Of a DNA stretch of 64,000 nucleotides, positions 31,560 to 61,842 are shown piece after piece. The notes under the pieces were generated by a model. It was not told the origin of the DNA and ran no database searches. It was given only the letters and a program-made list of their open reading frames with translations. Positions within the stretch are counted from its first letter, which is position 1. Each line of letters opens with the position of its first letter. The position numbers and the translations under genes were made by a program. Source of the DNA: Tubiluchus corallicola (Eukaryota > Animalia > Priapulida); contig JAQGDQ010000089.1 of assembly GCA_030141605.1 (NCBI GenBank), positions 496,001-560,000 of the forward strand. The letters are read 5' to 3'.

Positions 31560-34500
31560 AGGTTGCAAATGCAAAATGTTCGTGGTGCTAAATTTTTAAC
31601 AAGTAACGAATCTCTATGTTTGTGCAAAGAGAGCACCGAAACTCGGAGAAAGCGAGTTGAAATGCAGTAATGTGGAAGAACAGTGTAAGAAATTCTATGT
31701 TGAATCAGGGAATGGCAGCTTCAAGTCATTATTCAGTTCAATCAGATTATTTATGGATATACCATGTACAAACTATGAATTTATGTGCATGTAACTATTA
31801 AATATTCTGTGGAAATTGTGATTGTTATACATGATTGTGTGCATATTTATTTTCTTGTATGATGTATAATAACAGTAAATGTGTTGTTTTGAAACTTATA
31901 GTATGCACTTATAATAAGCACAGTTTGCATTTTATAGCTTTTTTGTTCCTATTTGCCCTAACAGTTGATCAAAAACTAACCATTATAAACCTTTTTCAAT
32001 TACATAGGCCTAATCATAACCGAATTTTGTATGTATGTTGAACTTTTGAGAAAGTATCCGCACAAAATATACAGGTGTACTTTTTGTAGTAATCATAATC
32101 GTATAATAGGATTTATACATTTCATTTACAGATTGTAAGAGTTCTTTATTTTAACTTCTTGTACAGTGAGGACAAGCCTTGAAATTATCAAGGAATACAG
32201 ATACAGTACGAATTGTGCATTATACGCATATTTATGTAAAAGTATTATGTGTTCTGTAAATATGATATAATTATGTGCATTGATAATTTTTGTAAATAAT
32301 GGCTACATAAACATGCTTCTATTATTAATATTACAATTATTATATTTGGTTAATAAAATTTGTAAAAGTGTTTACATGTTGAAGAAATTATGTTCAGTTA
32401 ACAACAGACAAAAAGCATTGTGATGTAATATCTAACGCATAACATTTATTACCTCAACAGCAACAAGGTCAGTTTGAAAGACACTCATACACGACATATC
32501 ATTCTGGCAAAACAATAACAGAATTATTACACATTAAAAATTAACATTATTTAAAACTACATATCACAAGTCATATTTTCACATAGTATAATTTTAAATT
32601 TTTCTCAAATGTAGGATTTCTTCATTTGCGTGTATGCTCTCAACTGAAGAAAATTCATAAATAAAGTTAATGAATAAACTTGAAATCTAACATTCCACTA
32701 CATGCAAAGTGCGTAATAAGCAGTTACTTCTGCTGTGTTTGTACTGCAGAAAGAACTTCGTAAATTTGTAATACAACAATTCAATTTTTTTCAATTTGGA
32801 CATTCAACAGAAAACAGCTTGCTCAAAAGTGTTCATAACCTCATACATAATAGCTTTTCCGATATTAACTTGAAGCTTATGAATAAGTACTACAAGATTC
32901 ACAGCTCTGCTTTACTACACGGGCTGGGTTTAGCATTTTAAGCACTGACGATTTATTAGCAAACAGCTGTTAGAGACTTAGAGTAAACACTACGGACAGA
33001 GTTCTTGTGCAACATCGACGAACTTCAAAACATAAAAGGCTCTAAAAGCTAATGGTGAGGCAAAACGTGCAAAAATCATTAAATATTACTCTACTTAGCA
33101 ACACTAGTATTGATCATTGCCTTACAAATCAACTATATTTATTCACCAGAGTTTCTTTAGTTGAAGCTAGTTAAAATGCGAACTTTCGTTTCGACAAATG
33201 GGACCTCACAAACTTGCAAGTTCTATGACATAAGAAGGATAGTAATGTTGTTTGATGTATTAAGTTTTTCTCAGTTTTTCTAACCTTTGCGTTTAATACA
33301 CTTTTATTAAGGTTTGTTGCACACCTCGAGCAAAAGATAAGCTATAATTTGCACAATTCAGGATTCTGCATGCTGCAATCCAACATTCAGTGACAGGGTC
33401 TACTTATGTTTATGGTTGTGACAAGATCAAAACCTTGCTGATTGTCAAAGATAATCCTCTAAGATTAGACACTGGGCTGACAGAGGTGTTTCAGCCATAT
33501 TCGGAAATGTGAATACGACTGTGTGGTAGTGCTGCACGTGAAACTTATCGTTCAGAAAACCTTGTGGTCATCCATCCATTTACTCTCCAGCTCGCTATCG
33601 CTTAAATTCAGTTGCTAAGCACACACAATGAGTTTTTGGTGATCTGGAATTAATGTCTCCCTATAACCCTGCTTCTGTTAGTGATATAAACTTTTGCAAC
33701 AGAACAAATATCCTGCTAGTCATTTTAAAAAACTGCTTATAATAACACCAAGCTTAGGGAAAATAATTGACATAACAACAGTATACAAATATAGATATAC
33801 ACACTGGCAGTTCATCACACCAAACAGACAAATGCAAAAACATCAACTAAGAGACTCTGTTGCAATATTAAAATTTTGCATACTACATAAAAACGAAATG
33901 TATGTAAGTAAGTAAACATTAGTATTCAAACAACTGGTGTTACTCATGTTTTCTTGTTTCTTAATCTGAACAACTTTATAAATTTAAATTAAATGTGAAC
34001 TTAACTAATCATCAGAACCGTCTTAACAGCATTATATGCACAATGTACATAGATTATGCATTGGGCCCCATGCGTTAAGATGGCCTTGCTAAACATCCAA
34101 ACAGAAACATAGTCTTACTTACAACACTACAAGACATGATATGTACACCAACAAGGCAGTTACCAATATTACTTAATAAGGCACAGCTAAGTGATACGAG
34201 GTACATATCTAATTGCTTAAGCTGGTGAATATAATCATGTTGAAAACCCTGCATTTTACTGGGCAAGTTTAAGCAATTATCACAGTAACAAGATAAGCTC
34301 TATGCAAATGATTGTCAAATTTAGGTGGTGTCATTAAATGCAAGTATGAGTTTCTCCCCCAACAAATGAGGAGTATGCCAAACAGACAGCAAAAACAAGT
34401 CGTCAATGCAATTTTGTTATTTGCTGTTTTTTCAGCAGAAACTTCAAAATTCTGTTATATGCCACCAACACCGTATTAATATTGTTTCCATTCATATCAA

Positions 34501-35436
34501 TTTAAGACATAAGGTAGATCTAAATGTTTTTTTCAAGAAGACTTCACTTAGTTGCTATAAATCGGACTGTAGTGTATGATCATTGTACACGTCACATTAT
34601 ATAAGCATCTATTTATAATGTTGATGCCTAAGTTTGTGTCATACTGCCACTAGTAAATAAGTGATATAAGAGGATGCAAATTCAAATTCAAATCGTTTAA
34701 AAAAATTCAATGATACAAAAAGTTAAATCGATTTTTTACTTTTGTTTCATTTTCTGTGTAGTATAATAATAATAAAAAAGATAATATAAAAGGTCAAATA
34801 AGGCCGAGTTTTTGCTACTCTTGAGTAATTAAGGAAGAAAGTATTTTTTCCCTGTTGTAACCAGTAGTTTATAACCACACTAGCACATGCCCGTCAACCT
34901 GTGCACTTATTATGCTACTAACTTCCATAATAATTAGTACCATCACCTTTGCTAGTACATCCACTGCGACTACTACTGGGAATGTCATGCCTACTGTATA
35001 GTTCATTACTCCGTAATAACAAATTATTGAAACTCTGATTTTCATCATAGTCCTGATCATAATGAATACCTATGTATGAAGCAAATAATTAACACCCTTT
35101 CTTTCTTCCAAGTACACAACGTAGCAAGCAGGACACCACAAAACCAACACAGATACTAACAAGCAGAACAACACTTACCAAAAATGCTGTCACAGTCACT
35201 GAGATTTAGGTAAACTGGATACTGGTAAACTATCCTCAAACTTCAAACAACGTCATTTTCGGAAGACTCAATGTAATAATAGTCATTGTTACCATTATCA
35301 GCATCATCATCTTTGTTCGTGTTCCTAGCTTACCAACCACTTTTGTAGTTTTGCTTAACACCAAGTCACAAACTTTCTTTGGACAACCTCACAGATATCG
35401 CTCTCACCAGCATTAACAAACATGTCATCAACGCTG

Positions 35437-53556
<18,120 letters not shown>

Positions 53557-54770
53557 AATGCTTAAACTAATTCATTACATTCAGGTTGTCAATAACACAC
53601 GTCAAATCCTAAAACAAATGTAAAAGTAGATGTCTGTAGAATTTACAACAGCCAGGAGCTAATATGTTCAGTTCAATTAACACAACTGTGACATATGTTA
53701 TGTGTCACCTATAAAACTGACAAATTTAATTATATAGAAATAAATGTCACAGGCTTTAAGTTCTTCTCCATTCTCATAAATAGTGTTCTAAAAATATTAA
53801 AATATTAAACACGAAAACATTTAAATGCTATAGGCTACACGCTACAGATGTTTTGACAGCAGGGCAGTAATCATCTTCAGTTCGAATGACAGTAGTCAAC
53901 ATCAACCAGATTATTAATATACACAAAGTCTAACCAGACTGGTTGATGTTCAGTGCTCATGTAGTCGAAATATTTGCATAGCTTTTAAAGTTTTTGTTAT
54001 TTTTAAAAAAAATTCCTGTATAATTTTATAAAAAGGCAACTGGTTATGATAACTCTTACAGTTAACCTAACCTAAATTACGAAAATAATACTTTTTGAAT
54101 TGTTATTAGTATTACGCTATTATACCACTGACACTCTATGACCAATTAGTTTAGTGATGCTAACCTATAGATGGCACAAAGCGTGCCACTCTCATTGCAC
54201 TTCTAAATTTACTTATATCAATTTCTTCAAAGTATAGTCCTTTAGTGTGTTAATGGGCTGTTTATCAGCCTTATCTCGGAAAAGCTCGTAAAACCGTTAT
54301 CAAACGAATGTAATAATAACTAATATACTCACCATTCAGCCAAATTTTATCTTAAAAATAATTAAAAGTTTTAACCTTGGCTTGACATTCAACTGTCAGG
54401 GCAAACAAATACAAAGATATGACAAAATTTCATAATAATATCGAGCCAACTACGTGTCGTCAAACCACCACAACATAACTGTACTAGATCGTCTTGGAAT
54501 GATGTTCGAGATTTCGAGTCTCGAAAGACAAAACTGAAACGTGGTCGCTCTAAAACATTTACAGTGCTGCTATCTAGTAGCAAAGAATCTTATATACTGT
54601 AATACAGTCGCTGGTTATAGCTGCTAGTGCTACAATCTAAAACTACAACAAAACAATATATTATTATGAAATGCAAACGGCTAATCACATTATCACATTA
54701 ATAAACTGCACAGTACTGCCCTCTAGTGATAAATTGCCCTGGTAAGGAGAAAATATTACCCAAAGTCGTA

Positions 54771-55261
54771 ATAGACACCATCGACTACATTTCTAAACCT
54801 TTGTAATATTTATTTAGTTTATCTTCTGTTACAGGTGAAATACCAGTGAGATTGAAAGAATCAATTATTGTTCTTTTTTTTAAATCAGATGATCCCATGT
54901 CTCTGAACAATTATAGACCAGTGTCCTTATTGCCTTTTATATCAAAAATATTAGAAAAAGTTTTTTTACAATCAGTTATCTCATTATTTAATAAAAAAAA
55001 GAATTCGGAGTAATAAACAATTTGGTTTCAGAAAAGGTAGCTCCACTGAAATGGCCTCAACAAAAATTATAGAAAATATCATTAATACTGTTGAAAGAAA
55101 TGGCACATCCGACGGAGTATTTTGCGACCTATCAAAAGCATTTGATATAGTAAACCATGACATTCTGCTAAATAAGTTGTACTATTACGGTATCAGAGGT
55201 TTGCCTCATATGTGGCTAAAGAATTATTTAGCAGGGCGCACTCAGACAGTAAAATATAATA
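54771..55261 (+). mobile_element. L2/CR1-group LINE reverse transcriptase fragment (disrupted)
   Basis: [69 protein letters not shown]. Confidence 0.9.
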
Positions 55262-56156
55262 TCATCCGTGCTTAACACCAGACATAATATTTATACGACA
55301 AGTACTAGCTTCCAGCATAGAGATCCGTGTAGCTGCACCTGTGTACATATCTCCCACAATTGCACATACGGGTTCCGGAAGTCCGAACCTTCTCACTGCC
55401 CTCACGATTGAGGTGTGAGGTACCGTGTCGAACGCCTTCGCCAAATCCAGGAATGCAACGTTCAATTCTCTGTGACTCGCTCAGGCATGTCGGATCACGG
55501 TATTTAACAAAGTCAGGTTCTCTGAGCAGGCATCCTTTGGTTGGAAAGCTCTATGGAGTGGGTTGAGCTTGACCCTTGCCTGGATTCTCCAGGTTAGAAT
55601 CTTGGCATACCACCTAAGCAGTAGAAATCTGATTGTGATAGGCTGCCAGTTACTGACGTCTTTAAGGCCCTCGGCGATCTTAGGTAGGAGGGTGGTGCAG
55701 CATTACTTGAGGCTTTTCGGATCCTTGCGTAGAAATTGTCACACCTTAAAAACAAGGGTTATTGCGCCCTTGTTAACCCTCTGGAGGGCCTTCATTATGA
55801 CCGCCCTATCCGGACCGGAACGAGACTTCGTGGCTTTGAATGTTTTGCCACCTCCTCATGCACTATTGGGGCATAGAGGCCATCTGGATCTTCGCATGGT
55901 TTGAAGTCCTCAAGAAGTTCATCATCTGATAGGGATGGTTTCTCGAATCTCTGGATGTAAGTTTGCTCAATGCAGTCAATGGGAGGATACTCGACTTCCA
56001 GGGGTGCATCATCGAGTGTGACCTTCGCAAGCTTACATCTATCTCTCTAATACAGTCTCTGGTATGTCTTGTACCTTTCTCTCCTGCGTTTCTGATGGTT
56101 TGGGGGTTGATCGGGAGCTCACTTAACAGGGCGAGGTCTGTCTGGTTGTCTTAATT
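55262..56156 (-). mobile_element. R2-group (R2/NeSL/Hero-like) non-LTR retrotransposon RT fragment with in-frame stops
   Basis: YKTYQRLY*RDRCKLAKVTLDD, SGPD, TTLLPK, NWQPITI..LLLRWYAKIL, LNPLHRAF..DACSENLTLL, LNVAFLDLAKAFDTVPH, SGVKHG. Confidence 0.85.
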
Positions 56157-56211
56157 AATGGGTCACTGACATGTAAAAAAAGTTTTTTACATTTTCATAT
56201 AATCCTGTAGT

Positions 56212-56487
56212 TGTCCTCGCTTAACAGCGTTGCATTCAGAGATGATTCACTTGTTTTAAAAAAAAATTATTTATTTAATTTTTATTTTCACTTTCACCTA
56301 ACACATGGGAATGCATCATTCAGGATGAGTGTATTGTTTAGCAATCTCTGACCTTTTATGAAGTACTGTGTAATGTAAATTTACTAATATGTTTGTTATT
56401 GTTTGCTAGATGTGGAATTGTTTTTATCATTCTATAATAACTGTCCATGTATTGATAGGGCTGTCCACCCAGTGTTCGACTTGAATA
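56212..56487 (+). repeat. Second copy of the segment co-duplicated with MITE A
   Basis: Aligns by eye to 51522-51799. Confidence 0.85.
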
Positions 56488-56878
56488 AGCCTTTTCTCAT
56501 AGTTTCGCTGTGTGCAGGTGCAGTTGCTATAGGTCTAAGGTTAAGTGTAACACAGCAATGTGTGTTAACTATAATCGTCACGTAACATGTAGGTAAAGCA
56601 AAGCTGTCTTCTGTGTCAGTTGTTTTACGTGAACTTTACTTAATTATGTATTAGTCTGTGCGTAGAGTGATTTACTAACAAGATCTTGCTTGTGAACTAG
56701 AAAAAATGAACTAGGTAAGGTTCTAGTTAGCTGTTAAAGCATGTCAAAACTGTTAATGTTACAACAGCATGGCCTGCGAAGCGTTGTCAAGTGTACACAA
56801 ATACGTTGTCTGGTACACTTAACCATTGATCTTTTCACGATCATCATCAATCGCTGGAACTGTGTGTGCGAAAAGGCT
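56488..56878 (+). mobile_element. MITE family A, copy 5
   Basis: TA-AGCCTTTTC..AGTTTCGC ... GAAAAGGCT-TA; body matches copy 3. Confidence 0.85.
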
Positions 56879-57139
56879 TATTAATTATGTAATAAGAAGC
56901 GCCAATTTTAAGTAATAAATACATTTTTATGGTTTAATTACAGGTTTTTTTTAACCTTGTTTTATTATTATTATTATTGTATATTATTTATGTAAATTAT
57001 GTATACATAATACGTTTGAATTTCCGTGTGATTCTCCGCGGCTGGTCGTTTGCAACATGGCCGCGTTCTTCAGTAACTTTTGTGGCAAGTATTGACACAT
57101 TTAGGTGCAGAGCAATCCTTTCTTTAATTTTGGAAATCA

Positions 57140-57850
57140 TGTTATCATAGTTTTAATGTTAGATTTGTTTGGAGAAGTATCAAAACAGATAATGTAATGG
57201 TAACGTCAGGTGTAAAACAGGGTGACCCTATGTCCTCTGTTTTTTTCTCGCTGTATATTAATAAAATGTTAAAAGAAATAAGTAGATCAGAAAGAGGATA
57301 CAAAATATATGAAAGTATAACAGTGAGTATATTAGCTTTTGCTGATGACAGAATTCGAAGCGGATATGGTAGTGTTATTGAAGATTGCTGATGATATTGG
57401 AAAAGAATTAGGCATGAAATTTAGTGCGACCAAGTGTGCATCAATTCTCCTTAGTGGAGCTAACACTAATGCAGTCTTTAGGATAGGTGACATACCTATA
57501 CATGCAACAGAAAGAGAAAAACACCTAGGGGTAATTATAAGAGCCATAGAATATGAACATAGCTGGAAAGAAAGAATACCAGATATTAGAAGAACTATAG
57601 CAGTATAGGTGCCGTAAAATTTATATTTTGTATATAAAGAATCGTATTTATGAGTGATAATCGGTTATTGAAAAAAGTGGTAATATGGGTCGTGACACAC
57701 AGAATTCGATCAAAATGCCTGCAAAGAATCAGACCTTTGGGGGATAAATTTGGGCTTCCGGTATTTGGCAATATTATGGCATTAGGGGAATTAAATGAGG
57801 TAGGTCTAAAAAATTTATGATAAACATTTGGGTGATGGATGAATGGATTT
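57140..57850 (+). mobile_element. RTE/RTE-X-like LINE RT fragment (frameshifted)
   Basis: VTSGVKQGDPMSSVFFSLYIN, SILAFADD, LGMKFSATKC, EKHLGVII. Confidence 0.8.
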
Positions 57851-58009
57851 TGTTTTTATATGATTTTTTGTAACATCGCCGGAGTAGGCCTGTTTTCCTG
57901 ATCAGAAAGCTATATTGTTAGAGTAGGAAAGGATGAGAGTACACCACAACAGTAAAAAAAATTTTGGTAATTGTATGTAATGTAACATCGAGAAACACTC
58001 ACACCCCAT

Positions 58010-59085
58010 GCTTGAAGGAAGTCTTGAATAATATACTTCTAAAAAGTCTTTGAAGACATACTAGAAGTTTTGGGGTGCACATGGTTAGTATACCCACTGC
58101 AACTCACTAACTGGTGATGGTATTAGAGGTTATGAGAAGAGGTGAAACAAGCAAAACACACATGGTGGGTGTGGGCTAAAAACACAGAACTTAGATTTAC
58201 AGACAGGTTAGGTGGGATGGCACCCTCATGGTAGAAACAGCAGAGGGTGCTAGTGCTCGGAAGTGATTTCTCTGATATCCGGTGGCAGTTTGTTCCACAA
58301 ATGTATTGCTCTGGGGTAGAAGGAGTATAAATAAATATTGACTCTTGATGATGACTGAACTAATTTGTTGTTATCTTTGAGAGATGGGGTGATGTAAGTT
58401 GGTAAATTTATACCTATCCTGTAATGCACTATATCATGAAAGATGTTTAGTATCGTTTGTCGTCGTCTAATTTCTAGTGTTTCCCACCGGAGTTCGGAGA
58501 TCATCCTAGATACTTAGCATTTGTGGTATATTCATTTCGTACAGATCGTGCTGCATTTCACTGGACTTGCTCGATGCACTTAATGTCAGTGATTGTGTAT
58601 GGGTTCCAGGCTGCAATGCCATATTCTAGTTTTGGTTTGACAACCAAGGCTTGATATGCTCTTTCTTTGACTTGTTGATGACATGGATGTAGTGTCCTGT
58701 GAATGACATTAAGTGTCCTGGTTGCACGAGTGACAATTTCCTGGCAGTGCTCACCCCAATGAAGATTTGTGCTGATGGTAATGCCCAGGTATGGGTGTGA
58801 AGGAACATGCTCTAGGATTTTGTCTCCCATGCTGTAAGGAAAGTAATTTGGGTTTTTCATTTGAGAAATAGGTAGAATTTTGCATTTATCAATGTTAAAG
58901 TCCATAAGCAGTTTCTCACCATAATTGTAGCTGTGAGAGATCTTTTTGTAGAATATGGTGATCATGATTACTCCATACAGGTCTGTAGAGAATCCAGTCA
59001 TCAGCAAATAGTCAGATGTTAGATGATATATTGTCAGAGATGTCATTTATATAGAGGAGGAATAAAGCCGGTCCAAGAACTAAGC
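58010..59085 (-). mobile_element. CR1-group LINE, 5'-truncated, disrupted
   Basis: VLGPALFLLYINDI..LFADD, MDFNIDKC, HPYLGITI, PKLEYGIAAWNPY, LRWETLEIRR, SFYPRAIHLWNKLP. Confidence 0.9.
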
Positions 59086-59299
59086 CTTTATAGATTTGGA
59101 GTGAGTACCATTGACAGACCTGCGTTCAAAACATTAGAAACAGATCACTCGTTTATGAAGTTTTTAAAAAATTTTATTACTTTTCAGTTCATTTAAAAAA
59201 GCAGAACTTAAATTCTAGCATAAATTATGAAGTCCGAAATTTTGCCCGAAAAATTCTTTAATTTAGTTGTTGATTTTAAAACTAGAAGACAAAGTTCAA

Positions 59300-59480
59300 A
59301 CTGTTTAAAAAGCGGTCACATCTTGACATTCGTAAATATTCATTTTCTGTGAGAGTTGTGAATGAGTGGAATAATCTGCCTGCCATGGTGATTGTCACAC
59401 CAACCACAGTAAAGTTTAAATCCCTAATCCCGACAATTATTTTGCGGAAAAATATGGGATTTCTATGAGTGTACTCGCTT
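59300..59480 (+). mobile_element. CR1-group LINE extreme 3' fragment
   Basis: HLDIRKYSFSVRVVNEWNNLP. Confidence 0.7.
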
Positions 59481-60439
59481 AACCCCTAATCATGACAGTA
59501 TAACAGTATAAGTGCCGAATTGCATAGCAGATAGTCCAGCAGACAAGGTTTCAAAGTCCACCACAAAATCTGCTTGGCACTGCTGCATGCTCTCCGTTGT
59601 TGTACTGACTGGCATCCATTCAAAGTCAACCTCACATACGGCCCGGCCTTGCTATTGTCAGACCACTACTGCAGTTCTTTGGTATTGTAGTGACCAACAT
59701 TTACTGGACTATCAGCTGTGTCCAGTGAGACTTGAATTGTTTGTGTATGAGTTTCCAAGATCCCGGAGGACAGATTAGCTGCAATTGAGTTTTTTTATCT
59801 GAAGTGAGCAGAGTAAAAGTGGTGTGATTTCCACTGTTAAAGTATTGTCTTCATTCTTTTTTCTTTAATGACCTGTGGGCTGAAGTATATCTTTTGACTT
59901 TCCCTTCAGAATACACTCTAACTAGAATGTCCGAAAGCTGTTTTTAAGAACTCTCACTTTATTTTTGAAAGTGTCGATATTCCTACTGTTAATTTTCTAT
60001 TGTATTTCGTTGAAGAAGCTCATACGTCCTTGAGTAAGTGTTCAAAAAACCATTTTTGTATTTTCTTCACTGTCGGCCGATAACGTCTTTGTCTGAAATT
60101 TGTATAATAAAAAGCCTTTTTTGCATTTTGGGCAAACAAAGTTATTCCTAACACATAAAAATTATTATTATGTGATGCGACAAAAAACACTGGCTAACTT
60201 TAACACCGATTTTCTCAAGGTTAACTTTTTCAGTATGTAATGTGCACCTCACATTCAACGTGGATTATCTCTGCTCAGAAATAACATAGAATGATGAGCT
60301 TGGCCTCAAAATGATCCTCATGAAATGGAGATTCAGGATATGTGAATAACTAGAGAAGTTTTAATTGCTGACTTCTGGACGAATTTGCTATGCAAGCACA
60401 CATATTGTTATAATGTATATTGTATTACGAGGCAAGGTA

Positions 60440-61410
60440 TTTCCTGACACATAGAAGGCAAAGAGTAGTTTTAAATGGTGTAACCACTTCCCGGAGAAAT
60501 GTAACCAGTGGCATTCTTCAAGGGACTTTATTGGGACCTTACTGTTTTCTTATTTTTATCAATGATGTTACTGATTGTATATGCCCTGATACACGTATGC
60601 CACTGTTTGTTGATGATATAAAACCTTACCGTCCAATTAGAAACTCCTCTGATCAAGAGATCTTACAAGCTCACCTGTCTGAAATTGAGCGGTGGTGTGA
60701 CAACTGTTTAATATCCGTTAAACACAGTAAATGCAGCGCACTTCGTATTCGTTCTAATTCTGCAATACCTTATTATTTGAGAGATGGTGTTATTGAAGAA
60801 GAATCAGTTGTACATGATTTAGGTGTATTAATCTCAAACAACCTGAAGTGGAATTCACATATTGAGCATATTATTTCTCAGGCCAATAGACGCATTGGAA
60901 TGGTAAAACGCTGCATTTCATCAAGTAGTGCAAAAGTTATTGTACCTCTTTATAAATCTGTAGTTAAGCCAATACTGGAATATACGTGCGTTGTACCACA
61001 GTATGTTACTCTTAAAAATGCTTTAGAAAGAACTCAATGGAGTTGTAGTAGTCTGGCCTCTGATATTCAGCCTGACTCTGTATCTTCTCTTGAACAATGC
61101 CGTGATGCTACATATCTTATTAATTGTTATAAAGTCATTAGTGGCAGTTCTATTTTGCATAGGGATAAATTTTTTTCTAGACCACTACGTGATTTGCGTG
61201 AACACAATTCTAAATTATTTGTGCAGTACTCTCGCACTAATATCAGAGCTCATTTCTTCTCTTCTCATGTTGTGGGCCCTTGGAATTCAATTAATAGTGA
61301 AACAGTTGACGCATTAAATCTGCCACAATTTCACGAATTGTTGAGGAGAGACCGTCAATAACCATGTTGTGAGTAGGTCTCTTAGACTTCGCAAGCAAGC
61401 AAGCAAGCAT
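60440..61410 (+). mobile_element. CR1-group LINE, 5'-truncated, with (GCAA)n tail
   Basis: RRQRVVLNG, VTSGILQGTLLGP, LFVDD (catalytic motif altered), DLGVLI, LYKSVVKPILEY, FFSSHVVGPWNS; GCAA tail at 61391-61409. Confidence 0.9.
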
Positions 61411-61842
61411 TTCTGAAATTTCACATTGATTAATTCATTAATGACATCCAAACTTTTACTAAAGTGACATAAAGTGACAGTAGGATTTATAATCGTTTGT
61501 ATAGCTAGTGGCTGAGGCATCCTGTAATAACAGGGTGATTTTATTTTTGAAAGGCAGAAATTATCGATCTATTTTTTCTTTTTAGTTGCCATTTTTCACT
61601 CTGTCATATTGACTAATTAAACATATAGGAGCTGATCAAGTGTAGCTTAAGCTTTTGTGGGAGACTGCAGCAAAAATATTTTTGCTGTTTTTAGTAAGCT
61701 GCCTTTTTATGCTTAGAAGATACCATAAAACATCTTTATTTGCTATTTTTAGGTTAACGTTAACTGTCTTGGAATTTAAAATGATGGCACACAACTTACA
61801 TGAAATGACTATCTACCGCATGTATTATAAGTTGTTGACAAC

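Noticed and set aside
32735-32860. QFGHSTENSLLK resembling an L2 RT motif
   Set aside because: Too short and degenerate to call with confidence
60420-61361. 313-aa ORF as a domesticated RT gene
   Set aside because: 5'-truncated CR1 with no ATG start, altered catalytic motif, internal deletions and an intact retrotransposon tail
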